A model generated the notes under the pieces. It searched no databases. It saw nothing but the letters and a program-made list of their open reading frames with translations, and was not told the DNA's origin. Below, one piece after another: positions 32,010 through 40,795 of a stretch of DNA of 64,000 bases (positions within the stretch are counted from its first letter, which is position 1; each line of letters starts with the position of its first letter). A program made the translations under genes and the position numbers. The DNA is from Salinispira sp. GTDB taxonomy: Bacteria; Spirochaetota; Spirochaetia; DSM-27196; Salinispiraceae. Location: assembly GCA_965226555.1 (NCBI GenBank), contig CBDDDG010000001.1, forward strand, positions 32,001-96,000, in the 5' to 3' direction.

Positions 32010-32585
32010 ATGGAAACTCTCAGCATTATTCAGCTCTTGTTCGCATTTGGAGTTTTTACTCTGCTGAACATAGTAATTGCTCTTATTATACGGCCGTCTC
32101 AAAAGCAATTTGATGAAACCCGAGCGGAAAACAGGGAATTCATACAGGAATTCAAAACAGAAACCCGTGAATTCATACAGGAATTCATGAAGCTGTCTCA
32201 AAAGCAATTTGATGATTTCAAAACAGAAACCCGAGAATCCATACAGGAATTTAAAACAGAAACCAAGGAATCCATACGAGAACTCAGGGAAACAATACAG
32301 GAATCTCAAAAGCAGTTTGATGATTTCAAAACAGAAACCCGAGAATCCATACAGGAATCTCTGAAGCTGTCTCAAAAGCAGTTTGATGATTTCAAAACAG
32401 AAACCAAGGAATCCATACAGGAAATAAAAGGGGAAATGCGCGAGCTAAAGGCCGACAACCGAGACATTAAACGTGGTCTGGATCATCTCATGTTTTCATT
32501 AATTGCCCGTACTGACCATGAGCTTCAACTTTCGGGAGAAATTCACCATCCGCTGAAGAAAAAATCAGAAAGAGTATCTGGGTAA
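32010..32585 (+). CDS. Membrane-anchored coiled-coil repeat protein, copy A
   Basis: N-terminal hydrophobic helix followed by 7/11-aa modules; four paralogues. Confidence 0.8.
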   Translation: METLSIIQLLFAFGVFTLLNIVIALIIRPSQKQFDETRAENREFIQEFKTETREFIQEFMKLSQKQFDDFKTETRESIQEFKTETKESIRELRETIQESQKQFDDFKTETRESIQESLKLSQKQFDDFKTETKESIQEIKGEMRELKADNRDIKRGLDHLMFSLIARTDHELQLSGEIHHPLKKKSERVSG

Positions 32586-32721
32586 ATAAAACAGCAAAGA
32601 CAGTAACGGCAGCCTGTCACAGAGGTGAATTCAACGGCGAAAGGCGGCGCAGGTATGGTTGAATTCGCAGTGGCGTCAAAAAGGACTTGAAATTATTCAA
32701 TTATAGTAGGATAGTATAAGC

Positions 32722-33222
32722 ATGGAAACTCTCAGCATCATTCAGCTCTTGTTCGCATTTGGAGTTTTTACTCTGCTGAACATAGTAATTGCTCTTATTA
32801 TACGGCCGTCTCAAAAGCAATTTGATGAAACCCGAGCGGAAAACAGGGAATTCATACAAGAATTTATGAAGCTGTCTCAAAAGCAGTTTGATGAAACCCG
32901 TGCGGAAAACAGGGAATTCATACAGGAATTCAAAACAGAAACCCGAGAATCCATACAGGAATTCAAAACAGAAACCCGAGAATCCATACAGGAATTCAAA
33001 ACAGAAACCCGAGAATCCATACAAGAATTCAAAACAGAAACCAAGGAATCCATACAGGAAATAAAAGGGGAAATGCGCGAGCTAAAGGCCGACAACCGAG
33101 ACATTAAACGTGGTCTGGATCATCTCATGTTTTCATTAATTGCCCGTACTGACCATGAGCTTCAACTTTCGGGAGAAATTCACCATCCGCTGAAGAAAAA
33201 ATCAGAAAGAGTATCTGGGTAA
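32722..33222 (+). CDS. Membrane-anchored coiled-coil repeat protein, copy B
   Basis: Same termini as copy A, different module string. Confidence 0.8.
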   Translation: METLSIIQLLFAFGVFTLLNIVIALIIRPSQKQFDETRAENREFIQEFMKLSQKQFDETRAENREFIQEFKTETRESIQEFKTETRESIQEFKTETRESIQEFKTETKESIQEIKGEMRELKADNRDIKRGLDHLMFSLIARTDHELQLSGEIHHPLKKKSERVSG

Positions 33223-33234
33223 ATAAAACCATAA

Positions 33235-33304
33235 GAAACTTTTGCATTGATAAAGGTTTGCTACTGGAAATTGTGCAAGCACAATTTTCCAATGCAAAAC
33301 TTTC
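33235..33304. repeat. 70-bp palindromic element (extra left end + 54-bp unit)
   Basis: GAAACTTTTGCATTGA-TAAAGGTTTGC..GCAAAACTTTC; repeated at 35372-35441. Confidence 0.85.
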
Positions 33305-33334
33305 TTATGGTTAAATTCACACTGGCGTCAAAAA

Positions 33335-34586
33335 TGGGATATTAAGGTTTGAACAGACCCCACTTTGACCTATTATGCGATCATTTCTTCCGAGTGCCAA
33401 GCCCTCCATCGCTCAAGCGTCGGCCGTGTGAGCCGTTGCTCCATTATGATCGGCTTGAGCCGGAGAATATCACTATCCACATTGGTATTCCGCTGCCTCA
33501 AAAGATCCAGCGGAGTCCCTTTGCGGTAGGTGTTGAACCGCCGGTAATTGAAATCTATCTGATACTCCTCGGCTTCCTTAAGAAACTCATTGAGCTTTGG
33601 ATTCATCACCTGACTGTAGAACTCATCCTCAATGAGCCGGTGCGAGGACTCGACAGAACTGTTCCATGTGCACTGCCCGGGCGGAATACGCAGATACTCG
33701 ACACCCGCCTGTATGAGCGCCTGCTCAAACCCCGATGTTCGGGTTTTGCTCAGATGTCGAACGGTGAACTCTGCCCCGTTATCGGTCTGAACCGTTATGT
33801 CCTTGGCAAGGTCTCCGTCATGATTCCGCAGGTGCTCCAGCAGGTACTCGGCGAACAAGGTTGTTACCATACTGCTCTTCTCATTGGCGAAGGCGTACCA
33901 CAGAGCCCCTGTCGCCCGATCCCGGGCGGTTATCTGGTACTTCGGAACGTCTAAACACTTCTGAGAAAACCGCATAGCGGGAATGTCCGTCAGATACTTG
34001 ATATCAATCTGAATGCACTCGCCGAACTTCATCCTGTCGGTTACCTCCCGCAAATCTCTCTTGGGTAGCGCCTTCGGCTTCTTTGTTTTCTGCGCCCCTA
34101 TCTGCTTTAGCGTCTTGATAATCGTCGGCAGGCTGTACTTCCCGCCAACTTCCGTCTGCAACTGCTTTTGCACCTGAGTTCCAATGATTTTGTTGTGATT
34201 CCGATTCTTGGTCTGGGCAAGACTCTCGAGATGACACCGGTGCCCGAATTTCATCTTCATCGGATGATTGGTCGTGCCCCGCTTTTTGTCTTCAAGCCCC
34301 TCGCCGGATTCAAAGCGCCGAACCCACCGCCGCACCGTGTTGCGCGACACCTCGAACTCCCGAGCAGCCGCCTTGATCGAATGCTCCTGGGCATACCGAA
34401 CCATCCGCAACCGCCAATCATACATCGAAGCCGCCTGATACTTCCGAGACTTGAGATGATACTGAGAATATGTGATACTACTGTTCACTGTTTCCCTCCT
34501 TTTATGTTTTATACAACCCCCAGTGTATACGAATAACCTTCGTTTTACACTGGGGAGGAGGGGTCTGTCCAAAGGTTTATATCCCA
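33335..34586 (-). mobile_element. IS481-family element, copy 2 (transposase 33373-34488)
   Basis: Near-identical to 6843-8094. The 6-bp duplication CAAAAA is confirmed by the empty sister site at 35461-35480. Confidence 0.95.
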
Positions 34587-34631
34587 CAAAAAGGACTTGA
34601 AATTATTCAATTATAGTATGATAGTATAAGC

Positions 34632-35359
34632 ATGGAAACTCTCAGCATCATTCAGCTCATATTCGCATTTGGAGTTTTTACTCTGCTGAACATAGTAATT
34701 GCTCTTATTATACGGCCGTCTCAAAAGCAATTTGATGAAACTCGAGCGGAAAACAGGGAATCCATACAGGAATTTATGAAGCTGTCTCAAAAGCAGTTTG
34801 ATGAAACCCGAGCGGAAAACAGGGAATCCATACAGGAACTCAGGGAAACAATACAGGAATCTCTGAAACTGTCTCAAAAGCAGTTTGATGATTTCAAAAC
34901 AGAAACCCGAGAATCCATACAGGAATTTAAAACAGAAACCAAGGAATCCATACGAGAACTCAGGGAAACAATACAGGAATCTCAAAAGCAATTTGATGAT
35001 TTCAAAACAGAAACCCGAGAATCCATACAGGAATTTAAAACAGAAACCAAGGAATCCATACAGGAAATAAAAGGGGAAATGCGCGAGCTAAAGGCCGACA
35101 ACCGAGACATTAAACGTGGTCTGGATCATCTCATAGAAACTTTTGCATAGGAAAATTGCGCTTGCGCAATTTCCAGTAGCAAAAGTTTCCAATACGGGTT
35201 CTCTCATTTATATTCTTGATTCTCTCAAGGTATAGAAAGTTTTGCCACAGGCAAAACTTTGTCATGTTTTCATTAATTGCCCGTACTGACCATGAGCTTC
35301 AACTTTCGGGAGAAATTCACCATCCGCTGAAGAAAAAATCAGAAAGAGTATCTGGGTAA
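34632..35359 (+). pseudogene. Repeat protein copy C, truncated at 35150 by a cassette insertion
   Basis: Native 3' end resumes at 35262; native stop at 35357-35359. Confidence 0.8.
35136..35261. mobile_element. Composite mini-element: 54-bp palindrome + 45-bp cargo + 27-bp palindrome
   Basis: Absent from copies A and B; flanked by TCAT(A)/TCAT(G). Confidence 0.85.
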
Positions 35360-35371
35360 ATAAAACCATAA

Positions 35372-35441
35372 GAAACTTTTGCATTGATAAAGGTTTGCTA
35401 CTGGAAATTGTGCAAGCACAATTTTCCAATGCAAAACTTTC
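35372..35441. repeat. 70-bp palindromic element, second copy
   Basis: Matches 33235-33304. Confidence 0.85.
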
Positions 35442-35510
35442 TTATGGTTAAATTCACACTGGCGTCAAAAAGGACTTGAAATTATTCAATTATAGTATGA
35501 TATTATAAAC

Positions 35511-36295
35511 ATGGAAACTCTCAGCATCATTCAGCTCTTGTTCGCATTTGGAGTTTTTACTCTGCTGAACATAGTAATTGCTCTTATTATACGGCCGTCT
35601 CAAAAGCAATTTGATGAAACTCGAGCGGAAAACAGGGAATCCATACAGGAATTTATGAAGCTGTCTCAAAAGCAATTTGATGAAACTCGAGCGGAAAACA
35701 GGGAATCCATACAGGAATTTATGAAGCTGTCTCAAAAGCAGTTTGATGAAACCCGAGCGGAAAACAGGGAATCCATACAGGAATTTAAAACAGAAACCCG
35801 AGAATCCATACGAGAATTCAGGGAAACAATACAGGAATCTCTGAAACTGTCTCAAAAGCAGTTTGATGATTTCAAAACAGAAACCCGAGAATCCATACAA
35901 GAATTCAAAACAGAAACCAGAGAATCCATACAGGAATCTCTGAAGCTGTCTCAAAAGCAGTTTGATGATTTCAAAACAGAAACCAAGGAATCCATACAGG
36001 AAATAAAAGGGGAAATGCGCGAGCTAAAGGCCGACAACCGAGACATTAAACGTGGTCTGGATCATCTCATAGAAACTTTTGCATAGGAAAATTGCGCTTG
36101 CGCAATTTCCAGTAGCAAAAGTTTCCAATACGGGTTCTCTCATTTATATTCTTGATTCTCTCAAGGTATAGAAAGTTTTGCCACAGGCAAAACTTTGTCA
36201 TGTTTTCATTAATTGCCCGTACTGACCATGAGCTTCAACTTTCGGGAGAAATTCACCATCCGCTGAAGAAAAAATCAGAAAGAGTATCTGGGTAA
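35511..36295 (+). pseudogene. Repeat protein copy D, truncated at 36086 by the same insertion
   Basis: Native stop at 36293-36295. Confidence 0.8.
36072..36197. mobile_element. Composite mini-element, duplicate of 35136-35261
   Basis: Same sequence at the same position within the gene. Confidence 0.85.
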
Positions 36296-36400
36296 ATAAA
36301 GCAACAAAGACATTAAAGGAAGCCTGTCACCGATTGATGTTGCCAAATATCTGTAAACTTTTGACATTCAATAAATCATATGTGAAGGGAGGACAAGATC

Positions 36401-37114
36401 ATGGGGAGAGGAGCTTTCTCAGGCAAAAAACTCAAAAGGGAAAAATTTCTTCGGAAGTATCTAGGGCGTATCCTTATGATTCTTGCCACCATAGTAATTT
36501 TTGTCATGTCAATATGTTCTTGGACTTGGTTATCGAAAGAAACGAATGGCAATACTGTGCGCAATGTTGCCTTAACAATTGGCGGATTATGGACTGCCTA
36601 TGCTGTGTCGTTAGCTGCAACGCGAATCAAAATCATGCAGCAGCAGCAAGTGTCCGAAAACCTTGCGCGAGCCTCCGAACAATTATCAAGCACGGTAATG
36701 TCTATCCGCATATTGGCTATCTTGTCGCTTGAGAAAATTGCCATAGAAGTGCAAGATGAAATACGCCAAGATGTTGTTAAGGTTTTGTGTGCGCATATCC
36801 GTGAGAAGCATTCGATTGATAATGGTAAGTCTCTAGTAGTAGATGATGACATTAAAGAAATAATATATGTGTTGGGTAACGTGCAAATTCAGAAAGATAA
36901 AGACATCAACATAAATTTGTCCAAAATAAGTTTGTTAAATGTTCAATTTTCAGGTGTTATTTTAAAATATGCAGTTTTGTCGGGCGCAAACTTGTTGGGT
37001 GCAGTTTTGTTGGAAGTTAGGGGGCTTGGAACTGCTAAAAATTTAGAAACCGTAAAAAATTCTCCGCAAGAAATTATCCTCGAAGTGCAAGATGGAAATA
37101 GAGGTGATGAGTAA
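36401..37114 (+). CDS. Two-TM protein with short pentapeptide-repeat tail
   Basis: ASEQLSS..IRILAILSLEKIA..VLCAHIRE; AVLSGANLLGAVL. Confidence 0.75.
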   Translation: MGRGAFSGKKLKREKFLRKYLGRILMILATIVIFVMSICSWTWLSKETNGNTVRNVALTIGGLWTAYAVSLAATRIKIMQQQQVSENLARASEQLSSTVMSIRILAILSLEKIAIEVQDEIRQDVVKVLCAHIREKHSIDNGKSLVVDDDIKEIIYVLGNVQIQKDKDININLSKISLLNVQFSGVILKYAVLSGANLLGAVLLEVRGLGTAKNLETVKNSPQEIILEVQDGNRGDE

Positions 37115-37208
37115 TGCCAATTTATTCCATTGATCAGAGATTGACAAAGAGGGAAAAAGCGTTATAATTCTAAATGAATTTTGCATACTATGAAAAAGGA
37201 GGCAAGAC

Positions 37209-37469
37209 ATGCCAAAAGAACAAGCAGTATGGGACAAAGCAAAACCGCTGAAGGGACGAGACCCCGATAACGTTAGGCAGGACCCTTACGGAAACGAAAT
37301 TCACCGTCGCCAATATGGGCAGGATACCAAACATGGCTGGGAGATTGACCATATAACCCCTAAAAGTCGTGGCGGCAGCGACCACATCGGGAATTTGCAG
37401 GCTTTGCAAACAGACACCAATCGCACAAAGGGCGATTCACTGGTAAAGAAAAGCCGGCATAATCAGTAG
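37209..37469 (+). CDS. Small HNH endonuclease-signature protein
   Basis: GWEIDHITPKSRGGSDHIGNLQALQTDTNRTKG; AGGAGG RBS. Confidence 0.9.
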   Translation: MPKEQAVWDKAKPLKGRDPDNVRQDPYGNEIHRRQYGQDTKHGWEIDHITPKSRGGSDHIGNLQALQTDTNRTKGDSLVKKSRHNQ

Positions 37470-37569
37470 TAAACTTTATCCTCTATCACGTATGAAGCGA
37501 ATACGAGCTTTGGATAAACCAACGTAATTCTTGACAGAGTTCCCTAACATTTTAAGGTTTATATCCCCT

Positions 37570-38259
37570 TCATTCCGATCTGAATCGGTAGCCGATACTC
37601 CGCACTGTTTCAATAAGCGCGGAATCTTCCCTGAGTTTTTTCCGCAGGCCGAATATCTGAACATCAATGGAGCGTTCGGTTACCGAATAATCACTGCCCT
37701 TTATAGCGTCTATAATCTGCTTCCGGGAAAATACCCACCCAGGATTCCTCGCGAGAAATTCCAGAATGGCAAACTCGGTAATTGAAAGCTCCAACTTTTC
37801 CCCTCCCCGTAAGACCGAGTACATCTGCCTGTTTATGGTAATGTTATGGATACTAAAGGGAGTATCCGTGCTTTTCAAATTCTTCTGCGATCTTCTCAGA
37901 ACCGACTGCACCCGCGCGATCAGAACCCGGGGCGAAAAGGGTTTTGTAAAATAATCGTCTGCGCCCGCTTCCAGTCCCCCAACAATATCCGACTCCTCAG
38001 ATCTCGCTGTGAGTATAATTATCGGAATGTCGGCGCTCGGCTTTTCGAGTCTCACCATTCTGCAAATTTCAAAACCGTTCAGACCAATGCCCGGAAGCAT
38101 AATGTCGAGGAGAATGATATCAGGGTTCTTCTCCCGTACAAGCCGAAGTCCCTCCCGTCCATTGTCTGTCAGAATAACCGTATGCCCTGCCTGCTGCAAA
38201 TTATAACGGATAAGTTCCTGAATATCCCTGTCATCTTCAATACTCAATATACGCGCCAT
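37570..38259 (-). CDS. phoB: OmpR/PhoB-family response regulator
   Basis: Receiver (EDD, LLDIMLP, KPFS) plus winged helix; adjacent to phoU. Confidence 0.85.
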   Translation of the reverse strand: MARILSIEDDRDIQELIRYNLQQAGHTVILTDNGREGLRLVREKNPDIILLDIMLPGIGLNGFEICRMVRLEKPSADIPIIILTARSEESDIVGGLEAGADDYFTKPFSPRVLIARVQSVLRRSQKNLKSTDTPFSIHNITINRQMYSVLRGGEKLELSITEFAILEFLARNPGWVFSRKQIIDAIKGSDYSVTERSIDVQIFGLRKKLREDSALIETVRSIGYRFRSE

Positions 38260-38270
38260 CTCATTTCCCC

Positions 38271-38924
38271 TTACAATTCCCGCATTGATCCGGTGTCGGC
38301 ATATATTATTGCGCTGCAGATCATAAGCACATGGTCGCCGAGGCGCTCAAGAAATCGGCTGATAAAAAGCACCGTACTTCCCTGTTCAACAGTTTCAGGA
38401 TCATCTTTCATCATATTGATAATTTTATTGTAGAGAAGACCATGATAATTTTCCAGATTATTGTTTATCTCCGATATCGATTCTGCCAGCTCAGGACTGG
38501 ATCGGGAAAATGCGGTGAGCGATATATGGAGCATTTCAATACCTGCCTTCGATATTTTCTGAATATCGCTGAGCACATAGTCCATTATTTTCCTGTCTAC
38601 CGTAATGAGACTGCCGGCAAGATGCCGGGCATGATCCCCAATGCGTTCCAAATGCGAAACAATTTTAATAACGGTAATAATTCTGCGAAGGTCTCCCGCA
38701 ACAGGCTGTTCAAGAGCAATAATTTTCGTGCAGGCATTTTCTATCTGCTTCTGATACGTATCGATGAGCACATCCTCTTCAACAACCTGCAGGGCAAGGG
38801 TTCTGTCCTGATTCACAAGGGCAGTAACAGCCTTCTGTAGCGATTCCTCTACCAGACTGCCCATTTTAAGCACCTGCTGATATATATCTTCAAATTCATT
38901 ACGTAACTTTACGCGGCTTTCCAT
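38271..38924 (-). CDS. phoU: Phosphate regulator PhoU
   Basis: EQPVAGDLR..LERIGDHA, LERLGDH. Confidence 0.93.
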   Translation of the reverse strand: MESRVKLRNEFEDIYQQVLKMGSLVEESLQKAVTALVNQDRTLALQVVEEDVLIDTYQKQIENACTKIIALEQPVAGDLRRIITVIKIVSHLERIGDHARHLAGSLITVDRKIMDYVLSDIQKISKAGIEMLHISLTAFSRSSPELAESISEINNNLENYHGLLYNKIINMMKDDPETVEQGSTVLFISRFLERLGDHVLMICSAIIYADTGSMREL

Positions 38925-38928
38925 CTTC

Positions 38929-39813
38929 CTACCGTGAAAATTCTTCTGTGAACCAATTGTACAATGCAACCATGCGGTTATAGAAGCTATTCCGTACCTT
39001 TTCCTGAATACCAAATATTTCCGGAGCCTTCATACTGGAGAAGGCGGAGAAGAGAAGATAATTTTCCGCCCGATGAACCCGGATCTGAAGTTCAAGATCG
39101 CCCGGATCTGCGATCTGAATAATGTGGTAAAACATGGGGTCGATGTTGCGGATACTGATTGTGCCCGGCGATGCAGCAACCTCATAGAGATTCTCGCCAA
39201 AGCTGGCATCTACTTGTTTCATAACAAAGCGGTACGAGGGACGGATAGCGGCGAATACCGGATCCGGCAGAACAATGGTATTGTCAGCGCTGTCTACTAT
39301 TGCTGAACTCAGATAAAATTCACGCTTATATCCCCTGCTGGCAGAAAAGTAGTGAATGCCGGTGAGGGTGGATATGCGGTGAAGAACATTGAAAATGCGG
39401 AGGTCTATTTCTTCGTTGCTCAGTGAGTCCCGCAGGTTCTCGGGTATGTCGAGGGCCATGAGAATTTCAATGGCAAAGTTATTGTTCTTTTGCTGATGCT
39501 CGCGTGTATAGCGCCGGTGCTCCGATGTTCTGCCGACAGGCGATGGCGGAAGAAGCCGTGGAATAAATTCCGTACCATGGAGATAAATAATCTCCCCCCG
39601 GCTCCGAAAGATTTCAGCATCATCCACAGAAGAAAGAAACAATCCAACACTGCCCGGGAGAGGAAGAGACGCTTCCACAGCAAATTCACCTCGGGGGAGC
39701 TGATCGCCAGATACCCGTGTTGCCGATTCTGCCGAAATATGTCCGGGTATGAGGAAAAATAAGGGAAGAATGATGAACAGCCGTATTCGGCGGGGACGGA
39801 AGCCAATCCACAT
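38929..39813 (-). CDS. Exported conserved hypothetical protein (DUF6675-like)
   Basis: Signal peptide; ISTLTGIHYFSASR..SFYNRMVALYNWF; TAATG coupling. Confidence 0.6.
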   Translation of the reverse strand: MWIGFRPRRIRLFIILPLFFLIPGHISAESATRVSGDQLPRGEFAVEASLPLPGSVGLFLSSVDDAEIFRSRGEIIYLHGTEFIPRLLPPSPVGRTSEHRRYTREHQQKNNNFAIEILMALDIPENLRDSLSNEEIDLRIFNVLHRISTLTGIHYFSASRGYKREFYLSSAIVDSADNTIVLPDPVFAAIRPSYRFVMKQVDASFGENLYEVAASPGTISIRNIDPMFYHIIQIADPGDLELQIRVHRAENYLLFSAFSSMKAPEIFGIQEKVRNSFYNRMVALYNWFTEEFSR

Positions 39814-40580
39814 TACAGCAGGAATTTGAGGAGACTCGGCCATGCTGGCGAATTTGGCGTGAGGGGCGCGCTTTGAACCCATTTTTGGTCATAAATTACA
39901 ACATTCTCCTCCGGGGTAAGGTTCCAGATTCTCTTACTGCGGGTAATTATAATACATGCCGTGTCTTCTCTGGCGCGCTGCAGCGCATATTCCCGTACAA
40001 AACTTCTTATCATCTGGCTTGATGGAAGATCATGTACTACATCATAATTTCCGTTGAATGTCTTTGAATGATACGCCACAAGTTCCAGAGTTGCAATTTT
40101 TTGCGATATCTCAAAAACTGCATTTTCGCGCGATATATTCTTTTGCTCGGCAACATGCTCAATAATTCTTCTGAGCTTCTTCATCCACCACACCCCGGCA
40201 GGTGTATCATCATGCTGCGGAGATATAAACGGAAAGGGATATTCATTTTTGCCATTCTGCCGCAGTCCGTTCACAAACAGTTGAAAATACCCCTTTCTTT
40301 CACGCTCAGCAGCATAATCATCATGACAAAATCCAGGATTCAGATAAAGCAAATATACTTTTGCATTTTGAATATCACCATAATACGGAACCGGCATAAG
40401 CGATGTATGAAAATAGGTATCGTAGCGGGAAATATCGCTCTCAGGAATTTTTTTATATTCCTCGTAGGATAAGCATCGGGGTAAATATAGACGGTCACGC
40501 GGATGCACAAAGGGAGGAGTTTTGGTATTCAGCTCCTGCCAGAAATCAATAATTGTCTTTACTTGGGGATGAAAATTCAT
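39813..40580 (-). CDS. Hypothetical protein
   Basis: 255-aa ORF with RBS; PVPYYGDIQNAKVYLLYLNPG, ELVAYHS. Confidence 0.7.
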   Translation of the reverse strand: MNFHPQVKTIIDFWQELNTKTPPFVHPRDRLYLPRCLSYEEYKKIPESDISRYDTYFHTSLMPVPYYGDIQNAKVYLLYLNPGFCHDDYAAERERKGYFQLFVNGLRQNGKNEYPFPFISPQHDDTPAGVWWMKKLRRIIEHVAEQKNISRENAVFEISQKIATLELVAYHSKTFNGNYDVVHDLPSSQMIRSFVREYALQRAREDTACIIITRSKRIWNLTPEENVVIYDQKWVQSAPLTPNSPAWPSLLKFLL

Positions 40581-40748
40581 ATTTCCTCTCTTTAATTAGG
40601 AACTTCCATTACTCTGAAATTTCCCTGTCAAACCATAATCCAGCATATTATGAAGCGCGACTCCATATATAGTCAAGATAAAAAATTTCACTGGTGGATT
40701 TTGTGGTTGACAGATTTTCTGAGCGCAAGTATACTCCACTATATTCAC

Positions 40749-40773
40749 GAGACCGTTGCCGCGCAACGATCTC
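40749..40773. repeat. 25-bp micro-element
   Basis: GAGACCGTTGC-CGC-GCAACGATCTC; no clear target duplication. Confidence 0.6.
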
Positions 40774-40795
40774 TATTACTGTGAGGAGTGAAAGT

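Noticed and set aside
28600..37470. Integron cassette array
   Set aside because: No integrase and no RYYYAAC..GTTRRRY attC sites; the palindromes present have IS5-type ends.
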